A DNA stretch of 64,000 nt from Balanoglossus misakiensis. Taxonomy: Eukaryota > Animalia > Hemichordata. Below, one piece after another: positions 1 through 12,400 of this stretch. The notes under the pieces were generated by a model. It saw only the letters and a list, made by a program, of their open reading frames with translations, did not search any database and was not told the DNA's origin. The position numbers and the translations under genes were made by a program. The stretch lies in assembly GCA_040954595.2 (NCBI GenBank), contig CM082585.2, forward strand, positions 5,047,808-5,111,807, in the 5' to 3' direction. Position 1 is the first letter of the stretch, and every line of letters begins with the position of its first letter.

Positions 1-35
1 TTGTTTGTTTGTGAATGAATACATTATCTTTGCAG

Positions 36-669
36 GTATTGAAAGACAGGCATCTGTTCGCAATGGTAGCCGTCCTGATCCTGGTTGACGTCATTGTCCT
101 CACAACGCGGTGCATCATCGATCCAATTTATTCTGACGTCATCGAATTCCAATGTTTTGTGAGTATATCCACCACAAGGGGGGGGGGGTGAAGAATCGTC
201 ATCTTTTTGAGTTGAAATTCCTCTCTCGAAGCCTCAGACTGAGTCAAACAGTTAAACACAAATAAGACATACAGGCAAAGTCCATTACATTTTTGACCCG
301 TTCATGTCATATACGCTTGAATTAGTCTATTCAAAATATTTGGAGACTCGCGATGCATTTGCAAAAACATATACTGGTACATTGTATATAACATACATGT
401 AAACGGCAATATACCCATTGTAATGTTTCTAACATTTAACTCATGTCAGCCACCCGCCCGTCGATCCAGACTGCGCATATGCAATAGGCCGTGACTATTT
501 CTGATTTGGTTTATTACAGGATGCACAAGACAATGATGGCGACCATTTATTGATATGTCCTTTCAAGAATACGTGCACTTCTACTGACCTGACTAAATGG
601 ATTGTTGTTCTATACAGTTACAAGGGTAGGGCAAACTATGTCTGGAAGCTCTCTCCCCCCCCCCCCCCC

Positions 670-712
<43 letters not shown>

Positions 713-1789
713 CCTCTCTCTCTCGCTGTCTCATCCTTCAAATGTGCATTGGTCTGATTGGTCATCCACAGTTTATCAACATATGTAATTGATATGTGCA
801 ACTTTTAAAGGGCGCCGCTCGTCTTATGCGCATGTTTCAAACCATAGAATTTGGTTACAAGAATTGTATAATTCAATGCCATAATTTACAGAATATTGGG
901 ACTACACGTAATGTTTGTACGCACGAAATTACGCACATGCGCTTGAGACGAAGACATCGATAAAAACTGACTAAGCTGAATTCGATTTATGTCTAAAATG
1001 ACTCTGTATAATATTGTGAAAGTTCAAATAGGTGCCATGAAGAGTCTTCATGTTTGTCTGAGTCAGATTTTCGTTGAGCGAATCATATCATATCTTACTC
1101 CTTTCATAAATCCCTTTTTACAAAGTTTTTTTATCGCCTTTCACAGGAATTCTCATTCTCTTCGGACTGTTCTTGGCGTGGGAAACCCGGAATGTCAAGA
1201 TGGACGCTTTGAACGATTCCAAACACATCGGACTGTGTGTTTACAACGTCATGGTTCTGTCCGTCATCGGAGTGTCCGTGGTCAACATTTTGTCCGAGTA
1301 CCAGTTCGACGCTGCCTTCGCGGTTACATCTCTCAGTATCATATGCTGCACAGCATCGGTGTTGAGCATCCTCTTTGTGCCAAAGGTACGTCGGTAAACT
1401 TGAACTTGTACGGTTTTTGTCTAGAACTGGTAAAATAGAACTACAAACAACCGATCAAACGACAGAAAAAATGACAACCAATCAAATATCCGCGTTGAAT
1501 ATACCACAATCGTTTGCGGCAGTCGAAGACAATTTCATCTACTTTTGTTCTGATATTTGACATTTTCCATTGTCGGTAGGTGTTGAAACTACGTAATAAT
1601 GACGTCGGCACTTTGCACACGGCCAATCCTCCCGAGACATCCGTTAATAACTTGACGCCACGTGATCCCTGTGACGTGAAGACGGTGCGACCAATGTGTG
1701 ACTGCCGGTGCCATTCAACTACCATACAAACAGATCTCGGGAAATCTACTTTACAATTGCCCAAGGCCAGCACTTCGGAAACAATTTAA
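36..1789 (+). CDS. GABA-B receptor-like class C GPCR, 3' part (TM4-TM7 and C-tail); exons 36-158, 520-625, 1147-1385, 1580-1789
   Basis: Spliced frame reads VLKDRHLFAMVAVLILVDVIVL..DP / C..WIVVLYSYKG / ILILFGLFLAWETRNVKMDALNDSKHIGLCVYNV..LFVPK. AWETR..LNDSK.IG..VYNV and FVPK are hallmark GABA-B 7TM motifs. All introns are GT-AG and phases are consistent. The 5' part lies outside the window. Confidence 0.88.
649..724. repeat. poly-C plus (CT)n microsatellite
   Basis: Visible directly in the GPCR intron. Confidence 0.95.
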
Positions 1790-2068
1790 ACACCACTTAA
1801 GGTTGTACGCGCTTCGAAAATCTTAAACTTCAAGTTCGCTCATATTTTGCTCAAGGCAAAGGTAGATTATCTCTTAAAATTGCGTATAAAAATTGGGGGT
1901 TATCGTGCAAAATTTTCGAAAATGTCTCAAATTTGTAATTCAAAACGGCGGTCAATCTTTGTGTTGAGTCTATTGAGAAGATTTTAAGAAGCAGTTTTCA
2001 TGAACACGAGGTGGGGAGCAAATTTTCATCTTGGTTTTCAAAAAGACTTTTCAAAGTTTTTCAAAGTA

Positions 2069-2160
2069 GACTGAAAGATACAGTCCCGTGCGGGCGCTCC
2101 GGCTCGCCGCCTAAGACCCTTTCCAGCCGGAGCGCCCGCACACGACTGAATCTCTCAGTC
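2069..2160. mobile_element. GC-rich ~92-bp foldback (MITE-like hairpin)
   Basis: Arms 2069-2104 and 2125-2160 are reverse complements with 32/36 matches and a 20-nt loop. Confidence 0.55.
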
Positions 2161-2839
2161 AAGGGTGCAGGCGGATCTGGTCAATAACTCGACGTCGACG
2201 GACTTTGCTGAGCATATTCCCAAAATAGTATCCAATCAGCTGAAATCATACAAGCCTGCCCTCAAGCAACAGTCAATGTGGTTCTCACGCTGTTCTGCGT
2301 TTAATTACTTTGTGATACTGATGTTATATTTTCCCTCAAATGATATCGAATGTAGTTTGTTGATATCTACACTGTCTAACTTCACTGTAAGACCTGTAAT
2401 TGAGTTCAAACGTACAGTCAGCGTCTGTAGCCCACTCCAAAGTTCTTTTTACATGGAAATATAAAAAGATCTTTTTTTTAAAAAAAAATTGTCATTTTCA
2501 TATTATATATGTAGATTTCTTTGTATCAAACAAACAACATTGTAAACTGTCATTCTGGATTCTGCCTAAAGTTTCACATTATTTTTCAAGAGTTTTTTTT
2601 TTCAAACCTGTCGTGTTGTGTACTCACAGCGGTGCATGTCAGCTTCTTATCATGATTTGTATGACAAAGCTGTGTGTAAATTTGAGAACGGCCGAGCTGC
2701 GTCACTTTGTTCTTTCCCCAGGGTTCTGTCAGGGCAAAACAACTTTGTGGTCGCACTCATGAATATTAATGAGATTATTAATATTCATGAGTGGAGACCA
2801 CTGTGGGCAGAACCCTGTTCCGACAGGGAACTTAGGAAA

Positions 2840-2918
2840 CTTGTTGTTGTTGTTGATGATCATAATCATCATCATCATCGACAACAATAACAACAACAAC
2901 AACAACAACAACAACAAG
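2840..2918. repeat. Compound (TGT)n/(CAT)n/(CAA)n microsatellite
   Basis: Visible directly; the TTG and CAA tracts are in inverted orientation. Confidence 0.9.
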
Positions 2919-4120
2919 ATTACTAAGTTTCCCTGTGTATATCTCAACAAATCATTTGAATGAAATGCAAGTGACAGCAAAGATCCAGCAAATGCAAATA
3001 TCAAGCCAACTCTAAATCTGATTTTAATCAGATTGCTTCTGCTCAATGAAAAGTGCCATGCACAACATAAACAACAAACGAAAAAATCTCAACTTTGTCA
3101 CAAATTGTCACAATTTGTCCAGTTTGATCCTGTGGTTTCTTTTATCACAGGGCTAACTTTTAATGAATCTGTTACAAAAACTCTTATGTTTTTACACAGT
3201 AAATGTAGTAAATTTCTTACAAGTGATCATTCTGTTTGTTTAAACATGTCTCTCCCCCATTGTATGCCAGCGCTATAGTAAGGTCAAATGGCAATTGACT
3301 GTATCAATGCCAATCTCCCCATGTTAAGAGTCTCAATATGTAACTTTCTATGTAACATGAGTGTCAAGAAATAAATGTAATATACATGTATGTATTAACA
3401 ACCATGTGTCTTCAATTTGCATCAGCCTGTTACATACATTGTATGCACATGTGACATGTACCCACTGATAGCTGTAAAACAGAGCTGATAGAGGGCAGTA
3501 CAGGAAACTTACTACAGTTTGCATTACACTATACCAGCTCATTTTACTGTACATGTCTGTAAATGATGGTCCTGTCACAAATGTGTGAACGCATGCCGTG
3601 TGACCAAAATGTCAATTGCAAAGTTGGTACAGGGTGTGAGCCTTGAGATTGAGTGGACTGCTGCATGAAGGCACTTAGAACTCCCATTACATGACTATGG
3701 CCATCAGGACAACCAATATGCATACGTGGTTCTTGTATTTCACTATGTGCAAGACAAGTGACACCATCGCAAATGGCAAGACCTCTCACGACTAAAGTTT
3801 ATGTTGGTTGAAAGTGAAAAATACACAAAGTCTTTTATAGTAAAAAAAAAAAGGTATACCTGATATAAAACATAAACATATCTTTTCATGTATGAAAACC
3901 TGTACAAAAAAGCCTACAATTTGTTTTAGATAATGGCCAGAAATATGTTCTGTGAGGCCTGAGGTTCTACCTGTGAAAGTACTGGCTCTGAGTAATAACA
4001 AAAGATATTGCTTTCTCGATTTATAAAATGTGTATGTTTTCTACAGTGTGAAAGAATGATGTCCTCTTTACTACAAAAACAGCTCTGTGGTGAAATCTAA
4101 AGAAATCCTGCCGTTTTCCA

Positions 4121-6467
4121 TCAATTAAGTTGAATCTTCGCAAAGCCCATTTTGTGATAGCCGTCTCTCTCATACAATAAACCGATGCTGTTGTCGTCGA
4201 TCGCCGACAGACAGCTGTATTCACTGCCGTTGCTGTAGACCTGCACCGAGCCCTCCCAGTGACCGCCGAAGTCGTAGCTGTACTTGACGGTCATGTTCAG
4301 TCGTCCGGAGAGCGAGTTGGGGTTGGAGAAATACATGACGTTGTTGTGGATCAGGAGACTTCCCTGGCATCCCGGTTCCACCAGCTCTTCGTCCAGCGTG
4401 ATGTTCTGCCAGGCGAAGGATTCGCCGCCGTCGAAACTCTTGGCCACCATTCGGCAGTTGCAGTGGTAGCCGTAGGAATTGCGGATGTTCACCGTGATGC
4501 TGCCGTCTGGTAGCTCAACAGGCTGAAAGTTGAAAAAAATAGAGAAGTGTTAGTCCAGATGAGTTTTTGCTGTACTGGTAGTCTTAAAAGGGACAAATTC
4601 TCTATCTCGCTGCCCTTTTCCATTAATTATGTTTGATACAACTAACAAGACACCATTTATGTTATTCTACATGTGGATATATAGTAACTCAACATTCAAC
4701 CAAACTCGCCAAAATGAATAATCGGTCTCTGTAAGAGATTTAAGTCCAGACTAGAATTCATTTGTCAAGAATCAATGGTTATCAATGGTTGTTACACACA
4801 TACACTAACAGGCTATGTTGACAAGTGGAGTACTGGGTATATAAGCATACTGTTTGTAGAACAAGAAATAGCATTTGACACACAGAACAAAAATTCTGGA
4901 ATAAACGCCAAAAGTTACAGCTAATGTCCCTTTAAGACTTCAAAATTCCTGTCATATGGAAGAAAAATGATCTATACACAGCCAATGATACACTGGCACT
5001 GTGCTGACCAAGAGTCGACCTTGTCAGACTGTCTTGAGTTGTTTACAGTCAATTCTGGGTCACTTCAAAACCAGCTCATTGTTTAAGACCTTGTGCAGCC
5101 CACATGACCAACTGTCCCCTCACATGACTTACGGTTACATGATCTGACAGCAGTGCCCCCCCCCCCCTCAAGGATGCAAAACATTTGAGCACTTACTAAA
5201 CCAACCTTACAGGATTCTACTAGTGATAGTAAGGGATTATGACTACATTTTGCTGTATAAATTTATAATTGTTTGTACATGTAATAATTTTCATGAACAA
5301 TTCTCTCATAATGGTTTTAGAGTGCATTTGAAAGAAAGAAATATTTAATACCTGAGGTTCTCCAGCTACTAAGTCTCTGGATTTTTTCGCCATGCCAAAT
5401 GGAATAGAGTAAATGGTAGCACCAATAGTCCAGGTTTCACCAAAATCTGAAATGAGGTCAGATTGAAAAAAAATGTAAATGATTGTGTGAATTAGTCAAA
5501 ATGATACGGTGTGACAATGGCTTGCATAACTGAATGTCTAAATTACCCCTTACTAAATTTTGGTCCCCTCATATTTGTTTCCATTGTTTAGGGTTTGCCT
5601 ATTAACGAAGGGAATAGGGGAGGAATGGCTATACATGTATTAGTAACACAAAGGCAATTCAAGCATAGCACACCTTAAATTCACTACTTCAAATTTTCCC
5701 TGTAACTTTGCTCTAAAAAGAACATAAAACAACATCATGTTTACATTTGAGAGGGTTTTTTTTGCAAAGAAAAGAAGTCTTGGATAGCTTTCTCGGGCTG
5801 CAGGAGAAACATTTTCTTATAATATGAATGTTTGCTTACCGTCACTGTATAAGCAATTCATACTCTGTGTTTTAAAGTGGTCTCTATCAACAGTGTGTCC
5901 ACATCCGAACATTCGACCCACGTTTGGCGGATACCGTTTGATGATTCCATAACCTGGTCCAAATCCATAAGGCCAGGCCTGGAAATATGGATTTTTCTTC
6001 GCCATGTCCTCTGGCTCGGTCCAGCTGTATCCCCAGTCGTGACTTCGCATGATGTAGTTCCTCGGTATGTGGTCGGGGCACAGGTTGTGAACACAGAACG
6101 AGAACGTCAGCATCAGAACTTTCCTGTCTGTATCCACGACGACCATGCCAATGTTCAGACCATTCGGGGCGTCGAAGTCGTCGACCAGAAACACCGTGGG
6201 TTTCCACGTTTCCCCCTTGTCCAGGGACCTTCGCATGGTGATGATTTTGGCCCCCGTGTCGGCCTGCGAGTATTTCCTGCCGCCGCAGAACGCCAGAAGT
6301 CCCCCGGGCGTGTTGACCAGTATCGGGGTCCGGTAGGAGCTGACTTCGCCCAGGCCGGTCTCCCAGATTATGTCTTTGTGGGTGACGACGGGGGAAATAG
6401 CGACATATTGCCCGACTGTCAGGAAGGTTACCAGAATGGCTACGAGGAGACGAGATGTCTGTCCCAT
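4121..6467 (-). CDS. NEU1: Sialidase (neuraminidase, GH33), NEU1-like, 374 aa; exons 6467-5840, 5446-5352, 4522-4121
   Basis: Signal peptide MGQTSRLLVAILVTFLTVG; YRTP (FRIP-like motif); five Asp boxes (SLDKGETW, SHDWGYSW, SDDFGETW, SFDGGESF, SYDFGGHW); GEPQPVELPDGSITVNIRN matches NEU1 DECQPYELPDGSVVINARN; C-terminal EYSCL and LLYE. The gene symbol marks the closest family, not proven orthology. Confidence 0.9.
4590..4931. mobile_element. Non-autonomous DNA transposon with AGGGACA..TGTCCCT ends and TTAA-type flanks (Kolobok-like)
   Basis: Left part matches the palindromic family at 43140/46456/53261. Right part resembles 49140-49293 and the reverse complement of 51952-52140. Lies in sialidase intron 2. 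Confidence 0.55.
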
Positions 6468-7180
6468 GGTCACCAGTGGCAACTATATAGGTTTGCCAGC
6501 AAATGGTCGTACGGTTTACGGCGCAATGCAGTCACGTTGCATGCGGGAGTTATCGGCAAAGTACACCTGACGTCGCCGCAAACACGAAATGACTCACCCA
6601 GACGACAAAACCCCAACTTTTCAGAGAAAACACTGCAGCACTGCACCGTGGCCTTGTTTTCCTTGTCAAGTCACGTGCTGGAACTGCCCCAGTACCCCTC
6701 AGTATACCCATAATAAAGTTTATAAGAACATGAATGTGCTTGGCGAGAATGAAAGTAGGTGTGAATTAACACAGACCTATGAAAATCAGCCAAAATTAGA
6801 GTGTTTAAAACAACGACGATCCAAAAAATGGTGGATGGAAGACACCGTTTGAGATCTGGGGCGGGAGCGGACAAATCGATAGAAGGTTACGTGGGCTTAA
6901 TGATACTATGTCACCTGACTTAGAATATAACTGTTCGGGTCATCTATGTCATCGGTCAAAGGTCAACTGCAAGCTGCTGCCAGCTCATTTTCACCGTGAG
7001 ACTTGGAATTTTTTTTTCCAAGTGTCTTGCTGGTTTTATGGCAAAATAAATCAAGTGCCAGTGAATAATGCGAATACAATGTTGTATGTTTATAGAAATG
7101 TTCCACTGTATAGCTGTATAAAAGAAAGAAAGAAATGAGTGTAATTCTATAACTCAATTTCAGTACCAGTGAATAAGCTA

Positions 7181-7268
7181 GCTGCAGTTCAGTAGCTTCA
7201 GAGTTTACCTGGAGATTTTTGCCTTACACAAATCTGCAGGAAAAACCTGGAGCTACTGAAATGCAGCA
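7181..7268. repeat. Short foldback element
   Basis: gctgcagttcagtagcttcag ... ctggagctactgaaatgcagc; one arm recurs at ~8396. Confidence 0.5.
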
Positions 7269-8434
7269 ATAAATGAGCATGCTCATAGAAAAAGTTGCCC
7301 TACGAGTATCAGTGGCCACAGCGGGAAAACTACATAAGTATCCAACTGCACAGATATCAAGTATAATATATCAAGTATAATATATATACATTGTATACAT
7401 GTATGAAGTAATTTTGTTTGGAGCCTGACAAAGCGATAAATGAAGTCCCTCTTGGCATTGCATGATCTTCATTTGTAAACAGCGCCCCCATGGAACAATA
7501 AAACATGCTCTCGTTTTTACGTTCTGGGTGGGTACTATACTGCACTGTTCTATATATGAAATAATTAATTTTTGAACAATAAAAGTGCTACACAACCAAC
7601 GTTCACCAGGTCTGCACCAGATCAGTGCATGTCCGGTGCATGTCTGACCAACAGTTTTTTTTTTATTTAACTGTCATTTACATACAGGAACTTTTTTTGA
7701 AGTTCTGTGTACATCGGACAGAGCATTAAAAATGGATTTCGTTCTCCCGTACCAGTCTGATAAAATTTCGTTTTATACAACAATAATAAGTGTAGGACCT
7801 GTACGTATAAATGTCTGTGTGTGTGTATGTGCTGGTGTCTGTAATGTTACATATGATATAATGACGACCACCGACCCAATTGTGTGAGGGTGAACGACCT
7901 TTATTGTGACCTGGAGTCCACTACAGAAAATTCGAGGTCGCCGTACGTTCTGTATTGAAAATACCTCAAAAGGCACTCTGTGTGTGCTCTTTCAAAAAAA
8001 AAAAACCAAAGCTGCATACAATGTATATTCCATTGCTTTCCAGTCCAGTACATGTACATACATCTTAGCAATGGCCAACGCAAGAGGTTTTTGCTACTAA
8101 TGCTAAATGTACTTATAAAAATAAGGGGTCGTGGAATGGTGTTGTAAATAAAAAATGCTCTAAATACCCGTATGTAGGCTAGGCTACACGTCGCAGAAAG
8201 TCATTGCAGTGCATACAGTCAATAGACGACGCGGGTCGTGTCACCGAGGTTGCATTTTCGACAGTTTGGCAACACATCTAGATACTCTAGATAGTCCTTG
8301 TATTGTGACCGGACTTGTCTGACATATACGTAAGTATGTAGCTTACGTACCTTGGCGCGCCTGCAGCTCAGTTGATACCCTGTATGTATAATTATAGCTG
8401 CAGTTCAGTAGCTCAGGGTTTTGACGCGAGCTAC

Positions 8435-8850
8435 TATTATGACGCAGTTCCCTTTACCTTGCGAACATGGCGCAAATCCTAAATTTTGACACTTAGTTAT
8501 TTCAATCCATATAGACCCTGGAGCGAAAGGGTCTAGGCCTATATGATAGTCATTTTAGCCCTGCGTGTACGGTACGAGTATGCCAAGAGTTAGGTTTTGG
8601 TTTGTGTGTTAGATATAGAATAAGTAGAGCAAAACCTCGACCTATTGAACTTCAACTATATGATTATAAATACACCCGTATTATGGCGCAGTTCCCGGTA
8701 CCTTTGGAACATGACGCTCATCCTAAATTTCGACACTTAATTATTTCATATAGACCCTGGAGCGGAAGGGTCTAAAGTCATTTTTGCCCTACGTGTACGT
8801 ATACAACAGCTCGAGGTTTTGCCTTTGTTTGTGTGTACGTGTTAGACAGT
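8435..8850. repeat. Diverged ~245-bp tandem duplication in the sialidase/CYP intergenic region
   Basis: tattatg(a/g)cgcagttccc...atatagaccctggagcg(a/g)aagggtcta occurs at ~8435 and ~8679. Confidence 0.8.
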
Positions 8851-9411
8851 CAACCCGATCATTTTTCAAATGGGGTACTTGAGGTGGTGATTTCAAATAT
8901 TCCTATTTTGCCACATACGCTCGGAAAACTGCTAAAGTTAGTCATAATTTTACGTACGTCCTTCTTTTATTTGAAAAAAAAACATTGACCGCGCATTCAA
9001 CTCGACGTGCTGACATGCGCGTATACCTTACAATGAAGCTGCAAAATTTGGGATGCCGGTCTGTGAAACCGCGTGTATTGACTGATAGAAGTACCCCCCC
9101 CCCCAGAAAAATATGATGGAGGGGCCCTTAAAATTGCACCCCATCATTTTCGGGTAGTTGGGTCCCCATAGAAGCCAAAACAGCAACAAAAATCAATTTT
9201 AGCACAAAAATCCTACGGGAATACACATCATACCACACTATGAGGGGTTTCTATGGTTTGAGTTTGACTTAGCAAATTCGAAGCCAACACCTTTTCTGTA
9301 AATGGGAGGTTAACATCCCACTTGGTCGACGTCTACTATGAACACAAGTTTCAATATTCCTTGTTTGTTTGTTTGTTTGTTAATATTTTTTTCGTTTCTA
9401 CAGTCAGCACA

Positions 9412-12400
9412 ATGGTCTCTCAAATCATTCTTGGAACCCTTCAGTGTATTCTAAGCAGTCCGACTAATGTTTTCCTGATACTGATAGTGCTGTTGGTCCT
9501 GGCAGCCTTGAGGAGTATACATATACCAGCCTACCTACCCCCAGGACCGAGAGGATGGCCATTTTTCGGCAGCATGTTTGGTAAGTCGATTATACATAAC
9601 CTTAATTTATGAATCTGAAAACCAGAAAGACGAAATATTTGTATAACAACGTAGAACGCGACTCGAAAAAAAAGGAATTTGCAATATCAAACTTATCCTG
9701 TAGCAATGATTTGCAAAAATAACATTTTCGTCATTATAATCTTGAAAGTACAGACAACTACTTTGTTTTAGCTCACGTGTTCACGCATGTGAACTAACAA
9801 TGTCTACCAACTGTGTGTCGGTCGGTATATCGGTCTGTCTGTCTGTTGGCGCGTTGTCTCAATGAGCCAAATTTTGTACGCAGGTACAGTTTCTGAATAT
9901 GATTAGATTCAGTGGGCATAATTTGCATATCATTATGACGAGATCAGTGCTCAAGACTTGTTTTGAATATTTACAAAACAACAATAATTACAATGGAGGA
10001 AAATACTTCAATCAGGAAATACTTCAATCACAGCATGTCGTCCTATCCCTTTCAGCTTTGGCTAAAGACCCAGTAATGGCACTCTCAGATCTAACCAAGC
10101 AGTATGGAGACATCTTTTCCTTAAAAATCGGGCGAGACCGCGTGGTTGTACTCAACGACTTCGAACTTGTCCGAGAAGCATTGGTGAAGAAGCAGAACGA
10201 GTATGCCGGAAGACCGTGGTTCTTTTCCCGTAAGTTTTGAAGCACGGGCCCCATTAATCCTGATAGCAAATCAAGAGATTGCCCAGGATTTGCCGGAGGT
10301 TAAGATGGGGCACCCCTCCCTCTCTCTCTACCCCCTCTCCCCCCCTCTCTTTCTCTCCCCCTCTCTGTCGTTTTATAACCTATAGATGTGGACAGGTGCA
10401 GTACAGTGATTTAATGAAAACTAATATTACACTCGAACCTCTCTATAGTGACATGTTAATTGCACATGGACTGTAACAAAGTGGTTTGACGTGGATTTGA
10501 CTGGTATTTTATTTCTTTGTGTCATTTTTAAGTTGATTTGATGAGTGAAGGTTCGGAAGATATTGTTGCAGGCAATTTCACACCCAAGTGGAAGGCTTTG
10601 CGTAAAATTGGTCATCAAGCAATCAGGTGAGTATTCGTGAAAAGTGTCAGTCATTTTTGTGAGCTGATACATTGCCAGACAGACGGACAGACCAACAGAC
10701 AATGGAGTTCATTCCGGAGGGATTTTTGCATACGACGGACATTTCACGATTATCACGAATATATTCCACATTCCCATTTTCCTTCTTGAATTAAGACCTT
10801 AAATCTGTATATTGTTTGCATTTATTTCCAATTGTTCCGAAATAAAATATGAACAAGTGATAGTAAAAGTCAGTTACTATAGTCCTAATTGTGTACTATG
10901 TTGTAGGAACTACGCCAGTGGACGTAAGTTGGAACGTCTGGTGAACGACGACGCTTTCCCGCGCTTCAAGAAGGCAATCGAGGAGGAGAATGGGGAGCCG
11001 TTTGAACCGAGGCCAATACTGATGTTGCTAGTCAGCAATGTGATCGCCTCCATGTGTTTTGGTCAAAGGTAAAATATATTCAGCTGTGTTCTATGCGCAC
11101 GCGCAGACAGGGATGTTCAGAGCAAACCGGGGGCGGTGAACTGAAGATGTTAAAAATATTTTGTAGCTGAGGCGGGGACCGATGAATAAATGTGGTGGTC
11201 ACTCAAAGATTGTACAAGTCTTTTAGGTGTCTCCGTGTAATCCATTATACTGAATTGCTTCAAAATCGCTCTCGTTTCAGCTATGAGCTCAACGATCCGG
11301 AAATGCAACGTATCATGAAGGGTATCGCTGACGCAAACGAAAGTTTTGGGAATGGTCTGATTGCTGATTTCATCCCCGTATTCCAGTATATACCAACTAA
11401 GGGTCTGCGTGAAGTCAAGAAAGCGTTGCGTTTTTGGCTTGACCTGATTCAGTCTAAGGTCGAAGAGCATAAGAAAAATATGGAGCAAGGTGTGAATTGA
11501 AGGTTTTCTCCTACTCCATATATGGATATATACCAGAGGGAGCTTATTTAGTCTGTCTGTGTGTCTGTCTGTCTGTCTGTCTGTATGTATGTATGTATGT
11601 ATGTATGTATGTATGTATGTATGTATGTATGTATGTATGTATGTATGTATGTATGTATGTATGTATGTATGTATGTATGTGTGTACGCACGTACGTACGC
11701 ACGCACGCACGCACGCACGCATCATCACCATCACCACCACCACCACCAAATCACAAATTCCCATTTTCACTTCATTTTGATCAGGTGAAGTTCATGATCT
11801 CGTGGATGATGTTTTGAAGATCCAAAGAGAAGAGAAAGCAGCGGGTTTAGATCACGCAGATATGTTGACTGATGTGAATGTTCGTCAATTGGTGGCTGAT
11901 GTATTTGGAGGTAAAGATTTTTTATAAGGTTCCACCCAAAAAGCAATCACCTACTCAAAATGCTAAGCACTCGCTTATATGCCCTTGATAATAAAACGCG
12001 GTCGCCGTTTTACTAAAAACTATAAAGGTGCGATGAGATGAAGTTATCCATGGGCTTTTTTGATAGAACCTACCGATAATAGAAACCGTGGTGTCAGAAT
12101 GCTGCAACATGAGCCTTTTAACCGGACGCGGCACATCGTTAAATGATGAATGTGTCACGTGTACAAATGTGAAGTTTTTTTCTTTTCAAATATTTACGTG
12201 AAATTCGCTACTAGAATCATGTTAAATTCATTGAACCCGGCCACACCATCAGTTCATTTGTAATGTTTCACAGCGTAATATTACTTTTAGTGGAAATGAT
12301 ATTATGTAATACTTAGTGTCTGGTTAATATCTGGTATTCATCGTGACCTTCCGCTCTATTCTATTACCGCAGCCGGAATCGACACAACTATAAACACCCT

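Noticed and set aside
5877-6713. 278-aa plus-strand ORF
   Set aside because: Antisense shadow of the GC-rich sialidase exon 1; no motifs.
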